Of a DNA stretch of 34,663 nt, positions 27,737 through 34,663 are shown piece by piece. Under the pieces are notes generated by a model. That model was given only the letters and a program-made list of their open reading frames with translations, did no database searches and was not told the DNA's origin. Every line of letters starts with the position of its first letter. The stretch's first letter is position 1. Origin of the DNA: Elusimicrobiota bacterium (GTDB taxonomy: Bacteria; CG03; SLGR01; JAGXOG01); NCBI GenBank assembly GCA_051745145.1, contig JBNJDT010000013.1, forward strand, positions 1-34,663. Reading direction: 5' to 3'. The translations under genes were made by a program, and so were the position numbers.

Positions 27737-28676
27737 TTTTATTCTCCTTTACTTTGTTATCTTTACTTTTTTTATTTTTTGTTTTTTTCTTTTTTGTCTT
27801 TTTCTTCTCTGCTTTTTTCTTCTTTTTTGTTTTCTTCTTTGTCTCTTTCTTTTTCTTCGCCTTTTTCTTTGGCTTTTGAGTATCAGTTTCTTTTTTATCT
27901 TTTGATTTTTTTGATTTCAACATTTCTTCTTCAATGTCTTCTTTAACTGATTTTTCTTTAGCTGCTTTTTCAGCTTCTTCTTCCTTTTTCGCCCGCATAT
28001 TTTTGCCTTCCATCACTGCATCACCTATAATTTCTGTAATGAGTTTAATCGATCTTATAGCATCATCATTTCCCGGGATGACGTAATCAATATCAGAAGG
28101 ATCGCAGTTTGTATCCACTAAAGAAACAATAGGTATTTTTAGTTTCTTTGCTTCGGCTACAGCTATCTCCTCTAAATCTACATCCACAACAAATAACATG
28201 CTGGGCAATCTTTTCATATCTTTTATGCCGGACAGACCTCGTTCTAAACGAGATTTCTCTTTTTTAAGTCTGGACTGTTCTTTTTTTGAACGACGTTCAA
28301 TTTCTCCGCTCTCTTCAAGCTGGTCCAACTTATTGAGTCTCTGCACACTTTTTGAAATGGTTTCAAAATTCGTTAACATGCCGCCCCACCATCTATAGTT
28401 AACGTAGTACATACCACATTTTTCGGCCACTTCTTGAATTATATCACTGCCCTGCTTTTTGGTACATACAAAAAGTATATCCCCGCCTTCTGCCACTGTT
28501 TCTCTTACGTAATTATAAGCAGTTTTAAGTTCTTCTACGGTTTTTTCCAGATTAAGTATATGGATCCTGTTCCTGTCGGTGAAGATATAAGGTTCCATTG
28601 CCGGATTCCAATCTCTGGTTTGGTGTCCAAAATGTACACCAGCTTCTAATAATTGTTTCATACTAACTATAGCCAT
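27657..28676 (-). CDS. rpsB: 30S ribosomal protein S2 with long charged C-terminal tail
   Basis: [39 protein letters not shown]. The 3' end is uncertain (see finding on the tsf overlap). Confidence 0.96.
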   Translation of the reverse strand: MAIVSMKQLLEAGVHFGHQTRDWNPAMEPYIFTDRNRIHILNLEKTVEELKTAYNYVRETVAEGGDILFVCTKKQGSDIIQEVAEKCGMYYVNYRWWGGMLTNFETISKSVQRLNKLDQLEESGEIERRSKKEQSRLKKEKSRLERGLSGIKDMKRLPSMLFVVDVDLEEIAVAEAKKLKIPIVSLVDTNCDPSDIDYVIPGNDDAIRSIKLITEIIGDAVMEGKNMRAKKEEEAEKAAKEKSVKEDIEEEMLKSKKSKDKKETDTQKPKKKAKKKKETKKKTKKKKKAEKKKTKKKKTKNKKSKDNKVKENKNESDRTDSETEKDDGNGDNGLQGSAG

Positions 28677-28730
28677 TAATTTTACTCCTTTTAGTTTCTC
28701 TCTTAATTTTCCTTACTATTTTAAAAAAGT

Positions 28731-28759
28731 ATTGTAATAAATTTGCAATTTATATTCAA
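28731..28759 (-). promoter_or_regulatory. Putative sigma70 promoter of the rpsB-tsf operon
   Basis: Minus strand TTGAAT (28759-28754), 17 nt spacer, TACAAT (28736-28731); SD AAGGAG before the rpsB ATG. Confidence 0.55.
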
Positions 28760-28972
28760 GAGCCTAAAATCCCGTTTAAACATTTAAATTCCACAATACC
28801 TAGATAATTTATACAAAATTTATCTCTTTTTGTGAAATATTATTTTATTAACTACAAAATTTAAAAAATCTAAAATTTACTCGATTATTCCCGGGTTATG
28901 CTCCACTTTAAAACAGTTAATTTAATTTTGCAGCTTATATTTCGGCAAGAAAGAAGTTTAAGTACTTCGCCG

Positions 28973-29980
28973 TTAACTATTACGGGACAGGTTGGATAAA
29001 ATTTGGGTCTTTTCTCTGAGATCTTTTTCCAGGAGGCTGTTATCGGCGGCAAATTTTTCACTGTCTTCCAGTAATTGGTAAACCATTTCCCTGGTAATTT
29101 TATTGCCTTTTCCCTTCAACATATATAGCAAAGTATTATACGCAAGTACAACGGGGATTATACTAAAAAGCCTGACGTCCAATTCTTCTTCAGGAATACT
29201 TTTAATGTAGGATAACGCTTCGTGAAGCTTATCTATAACCAAGTCAATTAAAGGAGTAACCACTTCAAGCTTTTCAGGAATTCCTTCCTCATAATCAAAA
29301 ACAGTTTTCGGAATATAAAGCCAGCCCCGTTTTATATCTTTTTGCCAGTCCTTTAAAACATTTATCAGTTGAAGGCTAATCCCGTAGCTAACTTCGTTCT
29401 TCTTCATTTCTTCGCGGTACGGTTTTATGTTTTCTCGTACGCAGCAAATATCTGTAAGCATTTTACCTACAACTCCGGCAACAAAATAACAATATCTTTC
29501 CAGCTCCTTAGTATCTTTAAGCTGATATAATTCCTTTCCAGACCGGGCTTTTTTCAACTGGAATTCTGCCATTCCCTCTGAAGTTTCAATTATATGACGG
29601 CTAATTATTTCTCTATATTCGGGAGAAAACCCAAAATAGACATCAAAAACCTTTTCCCCGTTCATGAGAAGCTCTCTTTCAGGCGAATCTTCAGGCCAGA
29701 TATCTTTTAATTCCCTGTATATTGAAAGCGCTTCTTCTCTGGAATCTTTTTGAAATAACTCAATATAACGGCGAAGATTTTCCGCTTTCTCTTCTTCCCC
29801 CTGAAAAGGTGAATCTTCAAAACAATCCGCTATCCTGAAGAGAAGATACCCTATTAAAACCGCTCTGTGGGTATCACCTTCCAGTTTATTTATATTTAAG
29901 GCGAATGTCCGGGATACATCCTGCAGTATTCTTACAGAAAATTCCCAGTTGCTTTCCTGTTTTTTATTTTTCTGATTCAT
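28973..29980 (-). CDS. Squalene/phytoene synthase family protein, squalene-synthase-like
   Basis: VSRTFALNI flap motif, RIADCFED (DxxED), YCYFVAGVVG, LQLINVLKDWQKD..RGWLYIP. Confidence 0.9.
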   Translation of the reverse strand: MNQKNKKQESNWEFSVRILQDVSRTFALNINKLEGDTHRAVLIGYLLFRIADCFEDSPFQGEEEKAENLRRYIELFQKDSREEALSIYRELKDIWPEDSPERELLMNGEKVFDVYFGFSPEYREIISRHIIETSEGMAEFQLKKARSGKELYQLKDTKELERYCYFVAGVVGKMLTDICCVRENIKPYREEMKKNEVSYGISLQLINVLKDWQKDIKRGWLYIPKTVFDYEEGIPEKLEVVTPLIDLVIDKLHEALSYIKSIPEEELDVRLFSIIPVVLAYNTLLYMLKGKGNKITREMVYQLLEDSEKFAADNSLLEKDLREKTQILSNLSRNS

Positions 29981-30039
29981 TTTGCTTTATTATACTTAAA
30001 GAAATAGATAAGTAAAATGGACAAATTTATATTTTTTAC

Positions 30040-30432
30040 TTATACAGTTTCCAGCAATACTTTTATCTTTTCGGAAAGTCTTGCCAGATTAAAAGGTTTG
30101 GGAAGATAAACATCCGCTCCCGCGGAAACTCCGTCTTCAACATCCGATCCTTTACCTTTTTTGGTGAGCATAATTATAGCTACGTCGCCGTACTTGCTGC
30201 TGTTTTCGCTCTTTCGTAATTTCCAGGCAACTTCCATACCGTTCATAACAGGCATGTCAACATCAAGTACTACGAGATCCGGTTTTGTCTTTTTTATCAG
30301 TTTCAGGGCTTTCAATCCGTTATCCGCTGTCATAACCTTATACTCGTGTTTCAAACCGTGTTTCAGAATTTCCCTTATAAACGGCTCGTCATCAACAACC
30401 AGTATTGTTTTTTTGGAATTATTATTTTTCAT
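30040..30432 (-). CDS. Single-domain response regulator (REC only)
   Basis: ILVVDDE, PDLVVLDVDMP (phospho-Asp), IIMLT, KPF. ATG at 30432 preferred over TTG 30444; overlaps the upstream gene's stop. Confidence 0.92.
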   Translation of the reverse strand: MKNNNSKKTILVVDDEPFIREILKHGLKHEYKVMTADNGLKALKLIKKTKPDLVVLDVDMPVMNGMEVAWKLRKSENSSKYGDVAIIMLTKKGKGSDVEDGVSAGADVYLPKPFNLARLSEKIKVLLETV

Positions 30433-31837
30433 TATATTTTTCAAGTATTGATTCTATCCGTTTGACTCTTGCAAGTTCTTCACCGATCACTTCATTATCG
30501 GGATCATGGGACAGGGCTGTTTCATATATTACAATCGCGTCTTCATAATTTTCAAAACTTGTAAGTATTCTGGCCTTTAGTAAATATAATTCTCCGGCTG
30601 AAGGCTCTATCTTTGTCCCGCCATCCAGTTCTCTGTTTAATTCTATTGCCCTGTTTATGTTTTTGTAGGCCCGCTCCAGCTCTTTTGATTTAAACTGGGA
30701 AGCGGCCTTAGTGAAATATACCTTTCTCGATTCGACAGTTTTATCCGGTGCGGAATCGTTTTTCGTATCTTTTTTATTCTTCTTTGACTTTTTTGTTATT
30801 TTTTCGGGAACAGACCGTTTTTTTGGGGCCGGTACCTCAAAATTTTCTTCCGGCGGATTACTTTTCTTCAACGCGCCCGTCGCTTTTGAAGCTACCCGGC
30901 CTGACACCTGGGGTTTGAAATATCCCGCTTTTGATATATACATAAATATGTTTATAATGATCGCGGCTACGGCTAAAAAAGTAAGAAAGATTTTAGCCCG
31001 GTAAAACTTCGGTTTATTTATAAAAATGAGTCTGCCATCTTTTTTGAACCATGCCTCCCTCTTTTTATCTTTATAATAAAATTCGGCCTTTTTTAATTTA
31101 AATTTCCATAATTTCAGGCCGATCCTGTATATTACGGTAGCCTCTTCCCTTCTGAACTGTTTTTTCAGGAAATCCGTCAGTTCCTCTATCGCACCGCCGG
31201 CATAATCGAATTCGGTCAGCTCATTCCAGGCTTTTTTAATATTATTACCCTCTTCGTATATAATACCGTCAAAAACAGATCTTCCTATCTCTTTTTTTAT
31301 TTTTTTCCGGGGAATATTTCCCGGATAAAAAACTGCGCTAATTGTTTGAGGCAAGTAAGATGTCCCGTAATATACGCATACCGCAGTTTTGCCGGATCCT
31401 TCACAGACGGAACACTTTTTTTCATTTATTCTGCCCTTGCCCCGGCATTTACCGCAGTCCACAACATATTCCGAGCCGGGCACCATCTGCTTTATTTCGC
31501 TGCCTTCTGCGAACCCCCTCGGAGGATTCCGGAAAGGCAGTTCATTCAGAGACACCGGGATCTGCCCGTCATCCGATATTATATCTCCTTCTCTGTATGC
31601 GCGGCGACCGGGATAGAGCTTTCTTTTAACAGATAATATCCGTAATTCAGCTATATACGCATTCTCCAATATTATCTTTTTGACTTTCGCGTTATTTGCG
31701 TATCTGCTTTTGGCGTCCGCTAATAATCGCTCCATTTCCTGCAGCCGTTTTTTATCCGTTATTTCTTCAGTTTTAAACGCGGTATCTTTCTGGAGACGCC
31801 GGTTAATCTCAGCTATTTTATTTTTGACAATAACCAT
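30422..31837 (-). CDS. Membrane-anchored protein: DnaJ-type Zn finger (SSUH2-like region), one TM, Lys-rich linker, C-terminal TPR
   Basis: CGKCRGKG-x6-CSVCEGSG (aa 128-149), hydrophobic IFLTFLAVAAIIINIFMYI (aa ~283-301), TPR-like LYLLKARILTSFENYEDAIVIYETALSHDP. Confidence 0.75.
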   Translation of the reverse strand: MVIVKNKIAEINRRLQKDTAFKTEEITDKKRLQEMERLLADAKSRYANNAKVKKIILENAYIAELRILSVKRKLYPGRRAYREGDIISDDGQIPVSLNELPFRNPPRGFAEGSEIKQMVPGSEYVVDCGKCRGKGRINEKKCSVCEGSGKTAVCVYYGTSYLPQTISAVFYPGNIPRKKIKKEIGRSVFDGIIYEEGNNIKKAWNELTEFDYAGGAIEELTDFLKKQFRREEATVIYRIGLKLWKFKLKKAEFYYKDKKREAWFKKDGRLIFINKPKFYRAKIFLTFLAVAAIIINIFMYISKAGYFKPQVSGRVASKATGALKKSNPPEENFEVPAPKKRSVPEKITKKSKKNKKDTKNDSAPDKTVESRKVYFTKAASQFKSKELERAYKNINRAIELNRELDGGTKIEPSAGELYLLKARILTSFENYEDAIVIYETALSHDPDNEVIGEELARVKRIESILEKYNEK

Positions 31838-33538
31838 CTATTTTGGCAGCTGTTTAAAAATTTTTATTTCCTCACCAGCTTTAACCTTCACTGTACCGTA
31901 CCAGCTTTCGTATCCAGTCTTATCTATTTCCACCTCATATACCCCGGGTTCCAGTTCATAATCTGCCGGTGTATATCCTCTTTCTGTGCCGGCTATATAT
32001 ATAGTAGCGGCGCTTGGCGCGCTGAATATTTTAACTGTTCCTGTTTTGAGTTTTTTTAATTGCGCTGATATGGTCTCAGTCTTGAAAGCTCTCACCCGCA
32101 CTGTTTTTTCCCACGGTTCATACCCTTTCATTTCTATTCTCAGAACATGTTTGCCTGAAGAAATTTTCTCTATATAAAGAGGAGAAGCTAGCCCCTTAAA
32201 CAGGGACCCAATATAGACTTTCGCACCGGACGGAGTCGACGTTATAAACAGAGCCCCGTCTTTTTCATCCAGTTCAAATATTTTTTCGACAGTTGTATCA
32301 TCCATAATCTCCACCTCTTGGCTGTGTTCTCTGTAGTTTTTCTTTTTTACGGTAACCTTATATTTTCCGATGGGCAGTCCACTTATTTTTTTGGGTGTTT
32401 TACCGTAATATTCTTCATTAACAAAACATTCGGCTCCGGAAGGATTTGTCCTGATTCGCATTTTTCCTTTCTGGGCTTCCAGCGTAACTTTAATTTTATA
32501 CACTTTCCCTTCCTTAATATCAACGGTTTCCGTATATACCCCGTACTTGTCTTTAATAAGGGTAATATTATGCAGCCCGACAGGAGCATGATGAATATCT
32601 ATGTCTGTTTTCCCCCAGGGCTCCCCGTCAATAAATATTTTTGCCCCAACGGGGTCGGAAGTAATCCGTAAATCTCCGAACCGTCCCGGCGTCGCGGGTT
32701 CCCTCTTCAGTTCAGAAAAGAAGCGATCTTCCTGTTGCCCGGCATCGAGCCAGCCGGGCTCCAGCGAATCTTTAAGCACGGAGATAGTTTTTGCGAATAC
32801 ACTGATCTTTGTATTTTTATTAAAGATATTTATGCTGATTTTAATGTCGTTACCCCGGGTATAGTATGTCCCGGTCAGCAGATATTCGGCGGATTCATCT
32901 TCTGTTACATCCACCCCTTTCCCGGTCAAATTTGTTTTAAACCCGTTCTCCAAAATACTGCTGAAAGCGTATCGCCGTCGGCTGAGCAGTTCCTTAAACT
33001 CTCCGATATATACCTTAGTAATATTGCCTCGTTTTAATTCTGTCAGAATTTCAGCGGATATATTATTGATTTCACGGTTATAGTGCTGACTGACTTTAAG
33101 TAACTTTTCTTTTTCTCTTTCTATCTCTTTTTTTTGATACCGGGTCAGGATATATACGTCGTAGGTTCCTTCTTTTATATTTTGTTCATAATACATTTCC
33201 TTAATTACAGCTCCTCGTATATTTGCCCGGCCGTAGGTCCTGATTTCATCGTTTAATCGGGTTATGAGTTCGGATTTTTGAAATATCATCTTTGAAGTAA
33301 CCCGGATCCCTATATACTCCACGATCTGGTTCATCACATCCCGGGCCGCAGCCGTCCGGCCCGCTTCAATGGAACGGGCATCTGTTTTTATCCCGATAAA
33401 ATATACATACTCGGAGTCGGGCAGCGGAGGTTTTGCTATCCAGTCCGGCCGGGATTTTTTATCGGCCCGTCCGGTAATTATAAACAGGCCGGGTATCATA
33501 AAAAATAACAACCCTGTTAATATTATCGTTCTTTTCGT
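31838..33538 (-). CDS. Exported PEGA-repeat protein with LPP20-like and FlgO/TolB-N-like domains
   Basis: Four PEGA repeats (ITSDPVGAKIFIDG, IRTNPSGAECFVNE, ITSTPSGAKVYIGS, IFSAPSAATIYIAG); RPDWI..YVYFIG LPP20-like start. Start placed at ACG 33538 from the SD and signal peptide; the ORF track uses TTG 33511. Confidence 0.82.
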   Translation of the reverse strand, partial: TKRTIILTGLLFFMIPGLFIITGRADKKSRPDWIAKPPLPDSEYVYFIGIKTDARSIEAGRTAAARDVMNQIVEYIGIRVTSKMIFQKSELITRLNDEIRTYGRANIRGAVIKEMYYEQNIKEGTYDVYILTRYQKKEIEREKEKLLKVSQHYNREINNISAEILTELKRGNITKVYIGEFKELLSRRRYAFSSILENGFKTNLTGKGVDVTEDESAEYLLTGTYYTRGNDIKISINIFNKNTKISVFAKTISVLKDSLEPGWLDAGQQEDRFFSELKREPATPGRFGDLRITSDPVGAKIFIDGEPWGKTDIDIHHAPVGLHNITLIKDKYGVYTETVDIKEGKVYKIKVTLEAQKGKMRIRTNPSGAECFVNEEYYGKTPKKISGLPIGKYKVTVKKKNYREHSQEVEIMDDTTVEKIFELDEKDGALFITSTPSGAKVYIGSLFKGLASPLYIEKISSGKHVLRIEMKGYEPWEKTVRVRAFKTETISAQLKKLKTGTVKIFSAPSAATIYIAGTERGYTPADYELEPGVYEVEIDKTGYESWYGTVKVKAGEEIKIFKQLPK

Positions 33539-33559
33539 ATTATCCTCCTTAAACGCCCC

Positions 33560-34660
33560 TTAAACCGGCAGCACTAATTTAAAGGTACTGCCTTTACCAC
33601 TTTTACTCTCAGCCCATATCCTTCCCCCGTGTGCTTCCACCGCCATCCTGCAAAAATAGAGCCCCAGTCCTTTCCCTCCTCTTACTCCGTCTTCTCTGGA
33701 GGCCATCTGCTCGTATTTGCCGAAAATTTTCTCCTTAAATTCAGACGATATTCCTTCGCCCTTATCAGATACGGATAACTTAAATTCAGAATTTTTGGAA
33801 AAGCTCGCTCGTACTGTTACCGCGCTCTTTTTAGGGGCGTATTTTAGGGCATTGGATAGGAGATTAATTATTACCCTTTTCAGAAGACTTTTATCCGCTT
33901 TTACCGAGAGTACTCCTTCAACGTCGATAATTCGTCGGATCTCTTTGCCGTCTATCTTTGCCAGCTCCTTAAGTTCGTCGGCGCAAGTTGAGAGCAATTT
34001 TCCAACATCCACTTTTTCTATTTTAAGGCTGAGTGCGTTTTCCTCCATCCTGCTTATATCTATAAGGTTGGCCGCCATCTGTATAAGCTCCCGGCTCCCC
34101 GCATAAGCTCGATTGAGATCTTCCACTACCCCGGACTCTATGTTTTCATTCATGGAAATACTTTCCAAATTCAGACTGATATTTGTCAATATATTATTCA
34201 TATCGTGGACCAGCATATCGGAGAGGTCCTCCTTGAGCTTTTCAGTCTTTTTCAGATCCTCGTAACTTTTTTTTAACTTATCATTGAGATCCTTGATTCT
34301 CAGAAGCGATTTAATCCTGGCTTTCATCTCGGCCCGGTCCACGGGCTTTGTCAGAAAATCATCTGCTCCGGCCTTAATCCCTTTTATCCTGTCCTCTTTT
34401 TCCTTCAACGCGGTAACCATTATTACAGGTATAAGTTTCGTACTTTCATTATTTTTAATATCCGAACACACTTCAAAACCACTCCGGCCGGGAAGCAGTA
34501 CATCCAACAGAATAATATCTATTTCTTCTTTTTTAAGAATTTCAAGACATTCTTCTCCTGTAGACGCCTTCACAATATCATACCCTTCCGGCGTTAAAAA
34601 AGCTTCTGCCAGTTTTATATTTTCTTCCGTATCATCAACTATTAAAACTGTATTTTTCAT
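33560..34660 (-). CDS. Cytoplasmic hybrid sensor histidine kinase (REC-HisKA-HATPase)
   Basis: VLIVDD/ILLDVLLP/KP receiver domain, LVHDMNN H-box, NLLSNALKY N-box, DKGEGI, GKGLGL G2 box; no TM segment. The start is 3 nt from the window edge. Confidence 0.92.
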   Translation of the reverse strand: MKNTVLIVDDTEENIKLAEAFLTPEGYDIVKASTGEECLEILKKEEIDIILLDVLLPGRSGFEVCSDIKNNESTKLIPVIMVTALKEKEDRIKGIKAGADDFLTKPVDRAEMKARIKSLLRIKDLNDKLKKSYEDLKKTEKLKEDLSDMLVHDMNNILTNISLNLESISMNENIESGVVEDLNRAYAGSRELIQMAANLIDISRMEENALSLKIEKVDVGKLLSTCADELKELAKIDGKEIRRIIDVEGVLSVKADKSLLKRVIINLLSNALKYAPKKSAVTVRASFSKNSEFKLSVSDKGEGISSEFKEKIFGKYEQMASREDGVRGGKGLGLYFCRMAVEAHGGRIWAESKSGKGSTFKLVLPV

Positions 34661-34663
34661 ATT

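Noticed and set aside
28787..28837. Imperfect inverted repeat upstream of the rpsB promoter
   Set aside because: It is AT-rich and mismatched, and lies upstream of the predicted TSS, so it is not supportable as an S2 leader or terminator.
33539..33562. The kinase stop is in frame with the PEGA ORF through 7 sense codons, so a read-through fusion is possible
   Set aside because: The stop is TAA, the spacer holds a perfect SD and the downstream protein has its own signal peptide. In-frame spacing is a one-in-three chance.
28973..34663. Right-hand accessory block as a mobile island
   Set aside because: No integrase, transposase, tRNA or flanking repeat was seen, and it shares the CCGG-rich signature of the core genes.
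1..34663. CRISPR array, tRNA/rRNA genes, selenocysteine recoding or an alternative genetic code
   Set aside because: No spaced repeats or tRNA/rRNA signatures were seen. Conserved genes are full length under the standard code, with TGA acting as a stop.

Overview
AT-rich bacterial chromosomal segment, probably from a diderm because it encodes an outer-membrane beta-barrel and lipoproteins. The lineage cannot be fixed from sequence alone. Nearly all genes are on the minus strand. Read in transcription direction (right to left): (1) an accessory block of hybrid histidine kinase, LPP20/PEGA exported protein, DnaJ-type Zn-finger/TM/TPR protein, single-domain response regulator and squalene synthase-like enzyme; (2) rpsB-tsf-pyrH-frr-uppS-cdsA-dxr-rseP-ispG-proS, followed by an exported HEAT-repeat protein and a lone rnfD; (3) an AI-2E transporter (+); (4) iscS-cysE-tlpA-tlpA-mnmA and a PorV/FadL-like barrel; (5) rpmB (+) and recG; (6) infC-rpmI-rplT, a ~600 bp gap, then ktrA/trkA-TPR-pheS-pheT-zapB-like-zapA-6S RNA-rarA. 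I found no tRNA, rRNA, CRISPR or mobile element. The best candidate for an undescribed system is the kinase/PEGA/SSUH2-like/response-regulator module. Other notable points: three likely non-canonical start codons (ACG, ATT, ATA), an rpsB tail that runs 80 nt into tsf with a clean -1 frame alternative, an orphan rnfD, and strong CCGG over-representation.
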